The notes below the pieces were generated by a model. The model was given only the letters and a program-made list of their open reading frames with translations, was not told the origin of the DNA and made no database searches. A stretch of DNA of 64,000 nt from Octopus sinensis (lineage: Eukaryota), in contig NC_042999.1 in the NCBI RefSeq assembly GCF_006345805.1, forward strand, positions 162,998,001 to 163,062,000. The letters run 5' to 3'. A program made the position numbers and the translations under genes. This document shows, one piece after another, positions 1-12,800 of this stretch. Numbering within the stretch: the stretch's first letter is position 1; every line of letters starts with the position of its first letter.

Positions 1-227
1 AAAACATCTAAAGAAAATTACATTAGGGAATAAAAAAAAAAACACTTTTGGTCTGTTTCTCAGTCCACCTCTCAACAATATTTGCTATGGCGGGATATAT
101 TTCCCACAGAAGATTGAAAACAAACAACATTGCTTATACAACTGTACTTATATGATGGTTGCTTACAACCATCACACTGTGTCAAGACAAAGATACACAC
201 AAACACACACACATATATGTATTCATT

Positions 228-315
228 GGTGCAGCCTTCAGGCTCCCCAGACTCCAGTTGAACCGTCCAACCCATGCTAGCATGGAAAGCGGACGTTAAA
301 TGAGGATGATGATGA
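228..315 (+). mobile_element. RTE-LINE 3' end fragment with (GAT)n tail (family B)
   Basis: aaccgtccaacccatgctagcatggaaagcggacgttaaatgaggatgatgat matches many other copies in the window. Confidence 0.75.
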
Positions 316-589
316 TATATCACAGTTTCTATCAACCAAATCCTCTCACAAGGTTTTGATTGGCACAAGAACATAGTGGTAGACATTTGCATAAAGGTGC
401 CATGCAGTAGGAATGAACCTGAATGAATGAAACTACATGAATGAGAACCAAGTTTTTTAGATGAATATATATATATATATATATATATCCAACCTGCATC
501 TAGTAATGATTTTTAAAAATAATTGTCAAAGTAGATTGTGCAGGGAAAGGGTATAATCAACTGAATGAACATTAACAACTTATATTATC

Positions 590-820
590 TGTTTCTTTAT
601 TGCCCACAAGGGGCTAAACATAGAGGGGACAAACAAGGACAGACAAATGGATTAAGTCGATTACATCGACCCCAGTGCGTAACTGGTACTTAATTTATCG
701 ACCCCGAAAGGATGAAAGGCAAAGTCGACCTCGGCGGAATTTGAACTCAGAACGCAACGACAGACGCAATACTGCTAAGCATTTCGCCCGGTGTGCTAAC
801 GTTTCTGCCAACTCACCGCC
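590..820 (-). mobile_element. tRNA-derived SINE (family D), intact, with 10-11 bp TSD
   Basis: Direct repeat cttatattatc at 579-589 and 820-830. tRNA-like head with gttcaaattcc B box on the minus strand. Diverged copies occur elsewhere in the window. Confidence 0.85.
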
Positions 821-998
821 TTATATTATCATTAGAAGAACTATGAGATATCAAAAATAATAGTAGCAATAACAACAATTTAATAACATGATTTCAAGAA
901 TAATATACTTATTGCATTACATAACTAGTATGACAGTAAAAAAATGAATGCATATCATAGCAAAATAATACAAGATGTTTAAAAAGCAAAGTATATAC

Positions 999-2018
999 CT
1001 GATAGTTGTAACTTGAACTATACTGTCCAGTTCGAGGCTGGCTATTGTAACTTGAAGTTCCACGGCTCGTTGAGTAACCAGAAGACATTCTGTCGTATAC
1101 GTAACTTCCAGATGACTGATTTGATTGACTTGCTTCTGGTTCATTCAACAGGCTGCTTCTCTTGGATGTATCATAACTGTATGTACCCCTGCTCAGTCTC
1201 TGAGAAGTTGTATCACTGTAGCTCCTATTGTCAGAGGTGTAAGAACTGTTAAGAGATCCAGATCTACCAGCTGAGAAAGAACTGCTGGAATTGGACTTAC
1301 TCACTACTGGAGGGCTTCCAAGCAATGAACCTGCTCCTATCATAGCAGTCTTGTCTTTACTGACAGGCGTGGTTCTCTGATTGGAGTTGGTGTTGCCCTT
1401 GTTAGAGGCCATCTGCTGAGCTGCAGCTAGAACTTGTAAATTACGCATAAAGTTAGCAGCTGCTACCATGTTTTGATTAAAGTTTCCAAAGCCCGGAGAA
1501 CTACCTGCTTTTTGATTAGGGCTAGGAAGGAGACCAGGCTTGCCAATAGCATTGGCGAGTGATGGAATATTCATGCTTGGTGAGCCACCCCAGTTGCTCT
1601 TCTGCTGTTGGTTTGAGATGAAAGCACCAGTTTGGGAAGTATTCTTGTCACTTCCTTGATTCAGGTTTGCTGCCAACCCTTGCAGATTATTGCTGTTCTG
1701 CATTGTGCTCATTAACTGACCAAGTGCCATCAATTGTTGGATGTTCAAGTTTTGAATTTTCTGAACATCAGAAACTGGAGTCTGAGTAAATGGTACCTTA
1801 ACAGGTTTTGGCAAAGCGGCATTTCCTTCATTGAAACCAGTAGGTAGAGGATTCACATCTTGGTTTTGTCTTTTGGCAGCACTTGCTTTTTTGTCATCTG
1901 ATGATGGTTCTTTGTTCATTTGAGACATTAAATTCTGAACGAGGATGTTAGCTTGAGCAGTCATAGGGTCGCCCAAGAGTGAAGGCTTCTGTCCTTTGAG
2001 GACAGCTTGAAAGTTGGA
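999..2018 (-). CDS. RAVER1/RAVER2: Raver-like large exon, low-complexity C-terminal region ([22 protein letters not shown]...YSSSYNYQ)
   Basis: Acceptor ttcttgttcttttgcatag, donor CAG|gtatat. 1020 nt (340 codons), in the frame of ORF 909..1976. Contains SLLGDP and SLLGSPP. Confidence 0.9.
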
Positions 2019-3735
2019 CTATGCAAAAGAACAAGAAAATAATTAGCCAGAAATATAGTTGAAATGCTGAAATTAAAAACAAACTTTCAAGAGAAATAAA
2101 AATTTACTTTCTCCAGACATTCTTTTAAGTCAGATATGAGATACACCAATAATTGATTAGCAACAGGGGGACTCACAATATAAGAACAGATAACTCATGA
2201 TAGTATCATTAGTGAAATGATGTAAAAGCACAAATGGTGTATTGTTTGTTGTTAGAGACAATGAGGTCCAAGTGCCAGATTACTTACCCCTGCTAGGTTC
2301 AAATGTTACTATTGCAAACACAGTGCTGTATTCCAAAATAAAGTACACAACGTTTCCTGCTTCAGTTAATCTGTCTAGGGTTAAGGACATTCTGTAGTGG
2401 TTGATTTGGCCCAGTTCGTTTGGTCTCACTAATTTGGTACTGAATTCATTTGGCATTGGATATTTTGGCCCTGAGATATTTTGATGCTAAGAAGATTTTC
2501 TTTTTATTCCACATAACTAACTTCTTCGAAAGGAACATTACTCAATTACCAAATAAAGATTTGAATAAAATTATATCATTTCATAGATAGTATAGCAATC
2601 ATATGTTGCTAGAAGGAGGTGGGATAATTTCTCAACACCTAATTTTATTTTAGACTATGATGTTGCATTAATCTTTGTCCATGTCTTCACCAAAAGCACA
2701 GTTGACATTATGAAAATGTTTTGGAAGTTGAAACCAATTTTGTCAACATTTATAGTTCTGTGCTAAAACAGTATTTATACTGGTTTTGAGTTTGAATCTT
2801 ACAATTGCCGTCTAAGTGCTTACTCCAGTTTGTCAAGCTGTGGTAGGAAAAAAATTTCCTCAACAAAAGAAATCTATCCACTTGTGTGTGTGAGGGGAAT
2901 GTAAATCAGCTATTTTTTTTTATTACTATATTTGTTTTATTGCTATATTTGCACTTTTTAACTCTAACCATTCATGCATGAAGTAAATTAGTGGAAGATT
3001 GAACCCAAAGAAGAATATATTCCTTTTATTACAGATGTAACTACAATTTCTGTACATATGAGAATGGATTACTGTAGTGCACAGCTATCTCTCTCTTCCA
3101 TATACACATATACCCACATTTTCTTTATAACAATGCAAGTAAACAAGTCCACCAAAGCCATTTTCTCTCTCACCACAAAAAAGCCAAAAAGGACATATGT
3201 TTTTATTGTTAAAGACATGTTTTGTTAGGTAACAAGTCTGTGAGGACAGTCTAAAAGCTTCAATACATTTCAAGAAGCACATGCATAAAAGAAAGTGGTG
3301 TGTGATAGATGAATGAACAAAACACACACAAGCACATGATTTTTATGCTGCTTTTTACTCCATACTGAAATAAATTGAATGAGATTTACTAAGACAATAT
3401 TCTATGGCTGGATGCCCTTCTTGTCACCAACCCTCACTTGCTTTTCAAAGTAAGATATTTATATTTCATTGCTCTTCAAACATGGACAACCACCAAATAG
3501 GTGGATGTATCATTTACAGAAACATTGCTGTTGCTCAAATAGTACTACTGTGAAGACACACGGAATCAAATAGTTTCCACACAATTTTAGGCCACTAGTC
3601 ACCAAATTTCCTTCACAAGTCATTGATAAACCCAAGGTAATAATACAAAGACATTCCAGGTGCCACACAATACGGTAGAAGCTGAAACTCTGGTTTCAAA
3701 GCAAACTTTGTAATGGCACAAATACTGTGTGCCTA

Positions 3736-3802
<67 letters not shown>

Positions 3803-6800
3803 ACATTTATGCTTATAAAAACCAGAACATGTGCATAGCTTTCACTGTTTGTTACATGCAATATGACTAAGTTAACTGAATCAAAAGAGAAACCAATGCT
3901 GTTCTGTCTTGGCTAAAACAAAGAGGATCAACATGGTATATCTGAGTGCCCCAAAATGTTGGACTGAAACCATTGCATCTTTGTGTCATCTCTTTTACTC
4001 AAAAATTGTGTGCATGTGTGTACACAATTTGATAGTCACATAGGTTACTTCACAACAGCTACAAACCTGGTGCTTAGTCATTAAAAACAAGGAAGAATGG
4101 GTAAAGTCAAGAGAGAAATCAAATATTTCAACTTAATTTCTATATCAGAAGGCATGAGCACAACACAAATATTGAGTCAGGAGGGAAGATAGTGCCATAA
4201 CCCTTTATAAGGACTCCAAGAGTGATAGGAGGAAGAAGGTATCCTCAAATTGGAGACCTGGCCCAAATATTTGCAACAGAGTGGCCTATCCTAATGGCAT
4301 CAAAAATAAGCCATGGTAGGTTTGAACTCAGCAGGAACAAATACTGCAAGACATCTGATCTGTCATTCTTGCAATTCTGCCAATCCACTGTTCTGGAGTG
4401 GTACTTTATTTACCCGAAAAGACTGAAAGGCAAAGTTCAGCATGACTGGATTTAGACTTAGAGCACAGAGATTCAGAAGGCATTCTACCCAATATTCTTC
4501 ATTAGTACAACAAATTTAATGTAAAGATCAGTAAAATAGCAGTCAAATACAAGGGTAATTTAAATTATTGCCTTTTCTAAACATTCTACACATGCTAGCT
4601 TTAGAAATTATTATTACATGTTCACTGTAACATATTAATGAAATTACCACATCTTTTACTATAACATGAAGTACACATTAAATTTGTTGTACTAATGAAG
4701 AATGTTGTGTAAAAAGATGATAATAAAATGTAAACAGATGTGACTAAATAGTCCAACACATTTAATCTATCAAGAGCCATAACTATCATATGACACTTTG
4801 ATGCTCCAAAGGTTGTGCTAATTCACTGGTTACTCAAATACTAAAATGAATTCTTTAAAGACAATTATGCTGAAGCTTTAAACAGGAAAGTAGATTTGAG
4901 AAAAGAAAAAACACAAAAAAAAACAGTTTAAAAAATGTAGTAAAAGAGGGGGGGCAGTCAGATGTGAAAAAAGAAACAGACAGAACAAAAGACACAATGG
5001 AGTAAGAAAAGATTTAGAAGGGAGGAAAATTCAATAGGTAAATAAAACTTTGTGAGACTTCAATAAATAGAGGAAAATATTTTAAATTGGGAAAGGGTTA
5101 GTGAAGCTGAGAATGAAGGCTTCTGGAGCACAACAAATTTTGTGAACAGTTTAATTTGTTTTATAGAAATCTGCCTGAGTCTAAGGTACACAACCATCTA
5201 TTTTAAGTTATTTTAATTTAAAGCTTGCATCATGATTTTATGCAAGATGTATTTTCATTGTTTCAAGTACCAGAAAGAATAGCAATGGAAAATTCACTAT
5301 ATCAAATAATACTGCTTAAAAAACAAACAAACAAAAGAAAACCTTATTGTATTTCATTAAAAATAGAATTAAATCTGAAGATGAGAAGGCAGTTTCTATT
5401 CCATTTTCTGAAAAATTAAGATGAACTGAGCCAGGATTTAAATACAGACTCTGAGTAAACATGTTACAGGTAACAAAAAAACTCCACAGAAAGTATTTTT
5501 TCCTCTGACAGACAGGTATGTGTGCATGCATGGGTGTGCACACACAAGTGGATGAATAAACACGAAATAACATTAACCCTTTTGATATAAACCCACATAA
5601 AACTGCTCTTGTTCCTATGATACAAACTCCTATTTAAAGTAATGTAAATTAAAACTTTCAATCAAAATTCCATGTTTATGTTTTTAAACATAGCTTAACA
5701 TTGGCAGTTATTTTATACTAAATTCTTCATTACTTTCAAAATTAATTGAAATAAAGGCAGTGCAAGCTGACAGAAATATGGTAATGTGGTTCAATAAATG
5801 CCTTGCAATATTTGGTTACATTTCCATTTGATCTTGAAATAAACTGTGCAGGTCAACTTAGCCTTTCTCACTGAGAGACAGAGAGAGAGAGAGAGATAGA
5901 GATAGAGAGAGAGACACACTTTGTGCCAATGTCAGAAATCATTAATATCCTTTTAGAAAACTTGATTGTGCTTTTCTATTGTGAGAAAGTGAAAGTATTT
6001 AAGCCCCTCCCTACCATGGATGTTACTGAAATGCTATTGATATCATTTTGGACAAAATAGCAAACTCTTGAGTCATTGGCTTTCTTTGGAATCACATTTG
6101 GCTGCTATGTCTATGACGAATACAAGGAATTGCAAAGCTTTGTGTTCCAGTTAAAATCAACTTGTCAATAGAAACAGAAGAATACTTATGATGGTTAATT
6201 CCTGTACATAATAATAATAATAATTATTATTATTATTATAAGAATTTCTTACATTGGCACAAAGGCATATATTTGTAAGAGGGAAGAACAGTTGATCCAA
6301 TCAACTTAAGTACACAACAAATACATATTTTATTGATGCTAGGAGGATGAAAAGTAAGAGTCAAATTTCAAGTCAAAAGCAGTGGAATAAATTACAGAAC
6401 TATTATAGATCTATTCCAATGCTCCAGGTTCAAGAGACATTACAGTTCAAAACAATGAATATATCTGTACTAAAAGGGAAGAAAGACAAAATGCACAGAG
6501 TAAGATATATACAAGTAAGAAGTAAGATGTATACATATAGACTGCATGCAACAGAAATCATGCCAATGAATAAATTTGAAAATAGATTAAATTAACTAAG
6601 ATTTTTAGGCCTTTATTCTGATATGTGTATGTACTCTAAGCACACATGCATAAAAGTATTAATTTACATGTCTGTTGTGTATCACCATCATCAGTGTAAC
6701 ATCCTTCTTTTCATGCTGACATAATTGCTCATCTCTGACATGAAGCCATTTATCATGTTCTTTGTATACTTGCTTGAATTACAGCCTTTTGAAATCTGAA

Positions 6801-9800
6801 CCTTACATTTCTTTATTGCCTCCCTTCACACATCCTTTACCGTTTTCTTTTTTTAAACAATAAATACCCATTGTTGTGAATTGGCATCACAGACAACCAA
6901 TCTGTCAATTTCCTATAATTGGCACTCTACCAATGAGTTAACTCTTTTGCTCTCTTCTATATCATGTTTGTACAAGATAGCAAAATAACAGGGACATGAT
7001 TCAAAATCTTCAGTCTTGAAGCATTAACTTTAACCATTTAGCTCACATCATTGTCATCAAAACCATAAATCAAACTATCAACTCCATTTTCACACAATTA
7101 CTACTTCTATCAAGTACTTAACTTACAGGTGTTAAAAAGGTAACTTCATGGAAAGTGACAAGAAAAGAAGAGTTTGAGGAGAGAGAAGTAAAAATGGTAA
7201 AGTTATAATAAACAGAAGCAATGTTTCTAGTCTGAGCAAAGAGGATAAAGGAAAGGAAAAAACGTTATGGCTGAGGTATTTGACCAATGACTTAATCAGT
7301 ATATTGTCCATTTAGGACTGCGACAATTAGCATTTACCTGTTCTCCAACTGAAGTGAGCATATTGAGTTGGTTGGCCAGGGGTCCAGTGAACTAAGAGAA
7401 AGACAGAAAGATAGAGCTAGTTTAAGAAGAGAAAAAAAAAAACAATATCCATATACCTTTCTTTGTAACCATAGTAACCGGAGCTGACATTATTCACTCA
7501 GTTTCATGTTTTGGGGTGTTGTTTTGTGTATTAACATAAAACAAATGGCAAATAAATATCTTGTAAGAAACAGGAAGCCACACACTACATGCCCACTAGC
7601 TCCAAATTACTAATTTCAAATGGTTACTTTCTTTCATCCAGTATATTAAAAAAAAAAATTTGTTAGTACCTCTACATATAGAAATAGAATAGACCAAACT
7701 AAAATAAAGAAATATTTAGAGAATAAATAATTCAGAGGCACTAGTGTGTAAAAAAACAGATAAGCCAGATAACATATATTTAATGCAGGTAAAAAGCTAG
7801 AAATAACATGGTGAGGAAAAAGCAATATGACGAAAATTTTTCATTATCTTCAGTAAATCTAGACTTGTTTCAGTTTTGTACTCTAAATAATCTTTTTTTT
7901 CACATGACAATAAATGCATCATTTTGTACATTTATGCTGTCATTAATTTATCCCTACTTTGCAAGTATGGGGAAGTCTACGTCACGCTGATGAAGTTAGA
8001 ATACTGAAAGATATAGAGAGATATTTCCAATGCCTCGGAAAAAATAAAATATCTTATTTCCAAGAAGATATTTGTCTTTGACTAATATTGCTTTTCCTTC
8101 TCTACAGTTATTTTTAGTTTGTAAATGCTCCAAAGAAATATGTTAAAAATATTTTCAACATTAAATATCTAATAAAATCTTAGGATATGACTGGAGAAAA
8201 TTGTATTCCATCTCATACCGACTGATCAGAATCCATCATAGATTAGTGAGCTAGCCTTTGTACATGTGAAATAGTCATGTAAACAAGCAGGAATAAATTT
8301 TGAAAAAATGACATCAGCATCAGTGAGAGCAATTTGTCCCTTGTTTATGATTGTATTCCACCTCAGTGTGACAAATGTTTATGATGGCAACATCATCATC
8401 ATCATTTAATGTCCATTTTCCATGCTGGCATATGCGAATACACACAGGTGTGCACATACAGCTTTTACTATGTACCACTTTGATTTTATATCACAATTAG
8501 ATAAAAATGTCCCATACATAATTACACTGTTAGGTTCCCACTAAAGAATTTCTTTTCATCTAGTATGAAAAAGATGCGTTTGCCTGTAGATCATCCAAGT
8601 TGGATTTGCCATTATAAGATAAAAAGTGAAATTCACTGAGAACTGAAATGGATCTTAGACTTGGTTTGCCAAATAAAGCTTGTTATCAACCTACAGCTCT
8701 TATTTAAATCAGAAGGAAATTTCAAATTCTTGATCGAAATAACTTATACCAGACAATGTTAATAAAACATTTGAGTTTGATAGACAGTACTCAAAATGTC
8801 TTAATGAGAACATGCAGCCACTATCACAATTCCTTAAATAAATTCATATTCACAAAACTGATCACTTAATATATTTATTGTTCCTAAATGTTTCAAAATA
8901 ATACATTTCTTCTGTTCTTGGCATCAGCTTAATTACATACAATTAAAAACAATCTGAAAATAATAAAACTCTTAAATGTCTATTAGATAGAAACAGAACA
9001 AGAGGCCCACTGGCAACATTCAAACAATGCCAGATAAATATTACTAATTATACTATACCACATAATAAACACCAAACTAAACTAGGATACCTCACTGTAT
9101 GAGACATTAGTGGAATAACCTAGTCTGCTGGCACGAAGTGATTGATTAATTATCTGTGAAGCCAGGGAAATTCTTGTAAAGGTAGTTACAGTTCTATTAG
9201 TTGGCATGTTTCTATTTTCCGGAGTGGCTGTCTGGTAAATAGCTTGCTAACCAACCACATGGTTCCGGATTCAGTCCCACTGCGTGGCATCTTGGGCAAG
9301 TGTCTTCTGCTATAGCCCTGGGCTGACCAATGCCTTGTGAGTGGATTTGGTAGACGGAAACTGAAAGAAGCCTGTCGTATATATGTATATATATATATAT
9401 AAGTGTGTGTGTATATGTTTGTGTGTCTGTGTTTGTCCCCCTAGCATTGCTTGACAACCGATGCTGGTGTGTTTACGTCCCTGTCACTTAGCGGTTCGGC
9501 AAAAGAGACCGATAGAATAAGTACTGGGCTTACAAAGAATAAGTCCCAGGGTCAATTAGCTCGACTAAAGGCGGTGCTCCAGCATGGCCGCAGTCATATG
9601 ACTGAAACAAGTAAAAGAGTAAAGAGTAAGAGTAAACAGGTACTTTAAATATAATGAAATTCACATCTTAGTCAGTTAGACACACTACAAATGTATCTTT
9701 GTAAGATAAATAAACTATAACAGACCGACTGATAGTTAACTTACTTGTTTTGTAAAATGCTGTTTTGAGTTTCATCTTTATTCATATTATACAGTATTTA

Positions 9801-12800
9801 CAAAACAAAGAAAAATGAGGTCAACAATCAGATGAGCTATTCTATTATTGTTACCAAATTTGAAATGGCTGCAACAAGATCTGATGCATTGTAATTTTCG
9901 ATTTAGGAGTATTATATAGAAACTCCCAAACAAACAAAGCTCAAGTATTGTGGCTATTTTATTTTTATTTTATTTACATTTGTCTGGATCAGAAGGGAAA
10001 GATAGTGGTCTTAGATGTTGAGAGTGTTCTGGTGTGTTAATGTGTCTAAATATCTGTGGGTAGTATGCTGTAGAAGCTGTTTGGACTCAAACAGACCATT
10101 TTCATAAACAGCAAACCTTTTAAGTCCCATAAATGTTAGAGGAATAAATAAGTGTTTAAGGTTGCACTCAAGAATGTACAGGTAATAAAATAGAGTGCTG
10201 TTTTCCTTAATTTGGGATTGAATACTGGGTCAGTGAGTCAGGTGTATTCCTGTAACTTGCAGGAAGCCAATAAAATTGCCAAAGGCTTGAAACAGATTAA
10301 ATTGTTATTTTCATGAATGCTGCACATGTAAATCCAAGATCTACTCCTAAGCCATTCAATAGTATTTATGGGTCCTGATTAGGCAGAAAATCACTGCATT
10401 TCCAATGTAGCACCAACCTAAATTTCTGACTACATTCTTGAAGTGAAACTGAAAGTTCACTGATGCAGAAACTCCAGGTATATTACAGGTAAAAGCAATG
10501 TGTGAGTCTTGCAAAAAGTAATGAGTCACACATTTAAGAAGGCTAAGACTGAATATAGCACCACGATGATGATGATGATGATTTATTATTAGTTATAATC
10601 GTTTCAGTACCATGCTAACACCACTGCACAGAAATGATTCATGTGAAAAGTTAATAAATGCAATCGACTGTATCAGGTTGGCATCAAGAGGTGTGCTCTT
10701 CTTACATTGTGCGATGGATATGCATTTTATGTGGCTTATATAAAGATAAAACAATAAGTGTAAAGAAAGAGGAAAAAAGGTGAAATAAAATGGATAAAAC
10801 GAAGACAATAATACCAAGACTAAGAGAAAGAAGAATAGGAAGAATAATGTCAAATATTATCAAGAAAAGAGTGATCTCAGGGGTAGTAGTGGTGTATGTA
10901 TGTTTGTATGTATATATATATATGTTGATAGATTAGTATTAAATCACATATTAGTGACAGGTGATGATAATAAAATACTAATAATGTTAACACCACCAAG
11001 AAAATCAACAAAAGTAATAATAATAAAGCATATTACTGCTATTACTCTCATTATCACTATTTCATTCTTCATTTGGTTTCAGTTTTCATTTATATTTGAT
11101 TATTATCCTTATTTGTAATTGTAGTAGGTATTAGTGTAATTAGCACACTAGGCAAAATGCTTAGCTGCATTTCAGTCATCTTTACGTTCTGAGTTCAAAT
11201 TCCACCAGGGTCCACTTTGTCTTTCATCCTCTTGGGGTTGATAAAATAAGTAACATTTGAATGCTGGGGTCAAACTTATCTCCACTCCCTGAAATTCATG
11301 GCATAATGCCAAAATTTGAAATCATTATTATTATTGCTACTGTTGGTGTTGTTAGTATTATTATTATTATTATTATTTTCTTATCATGGCCTGCCACTGT
11401 ATCTGTGATTTACTACTGAGCCACTAATATTTATATATCTACAATTATAATAAAAAAAAAAAAAACCTGTTTATTATGGATTTCCGGTAATGTATGCACT
11501 ATTTTGTATAGTAACTGGCTGGAGGCATTACCTGCAGCATATCTACGCATGTATGCCCCAATGATTTTCTTACCTTGTAGCTTTCAGAAAAACAGATATT
11601 TTTTTTTAATGAAATTTTCTACAAATACACTTCAGATGGTATAGATTCTATTTCTATCAGAATCTGTTGTTGAAAGATTTTTGGTGTGAGTTAAAGAAAA
11701 AGAAATTGCTTGTTTATACTACATATAAGTGAATCAGTAATTTGTGCAAAAAAGGCAATTTGATGAATTTAGAACAAATTTTCCCAATGGAAGTGATACT
11801 ACAGTCCTGGATTTTCTTGTTTCAAAGGGTTGCTTTATGAGATTCCAGAAAAGAAAAGGATTACAAAATCTTGTGAGACATGCTGAGTCTGCTAGTGCAG
11901 ATCATAAATGTAATTGACTACCCCCTCCTCCTCCCAGAGTAAGCTGATACCATTGACCCCAGTACTTTATCAAGTTGATCCCAAATGAATGAAAAGCAAA
12001 GCTGACCTCAGCAAGATGTGAACCAGAATGTAAAGTGCCAGAACAAATACTGAAAAGCAATTTTCCAGCACTCTAATGATGTTGCCAATCAACTGCAGCA
12101 GTAGAAACAACAACAATTATTATTTCTAAGGGAGCACAAAACCAGAAATTTGGAGGAAGGAAATAGTTGAGTATACCGACCCCAGTACTTGACTGGTACA
12201 TTACTGACTCTGGAGAATGCAAAACAAAGTTGACCTCGGTGGAATCTAAAGTCTGAATGTAAAGAGGTGGAAGAAATACTGCAAGACATTTCCCCCAGGA
12301 CTAACAATTCTGCCAATTCACAAAACATTTACCTGGTTAAAAAAAAAAAGCTATGTAAACTATTAAGAACTCCCTAAGATACTGTCTAAATCAATGAAGG
12401 CAACCAAATTCAGAGAGGAAGAGGAAACAAAGTAAATATACAATGTCCCTATGCTTGAATATTTCATACAAAGAAATAAGGCCCCAGATGACAATCAATA
12501 AAAACATTATTTTAGAAATGGAAAGGAAATTTCTACAAAAGTTCAAAATAATGTACTGCTATATGAATTATTCTGGAGCACATCACAGAGCTAAATAATT
12601 GAAAATCTTCTAAACAAAAGATTTGAGCTGGGTAAGGGAACACTGCATGATAATTAACATTTTTAACTTAAGCATATCAACATACTCTCAAACAGCCAAT
12701 AAAATGTATAAGCTTCTTCTTCATCATGCCACAACACTTTACAGTTAACAAGAATCCTCCAAACTAAACTGTCAGCTTTATGAACTAATCGAGCAGATTG

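Noticed and set aside
153-174. Perfect 9-bp hairpin tgatggttg-ctta-caaccatca
   Set aside because: It is an isolated short stem, expected by chance in 64 kb, and bacterial-type terminators are irrelevant here.
72-392. ORF that could supply a terminal exon (CDGCKQPSYKY...) after the 999 donor
   Set aside because: Its apparent acceptor lies in repeat-derived sequence and the peptide has no Raver-like or NLS features. The real last exon is probably outside the window.
7978-8016. ctgatga...gaaa resembling a hammerhead core
   Set aside because: Stem II is only 2 bp, and stems I and III cannot be formed.
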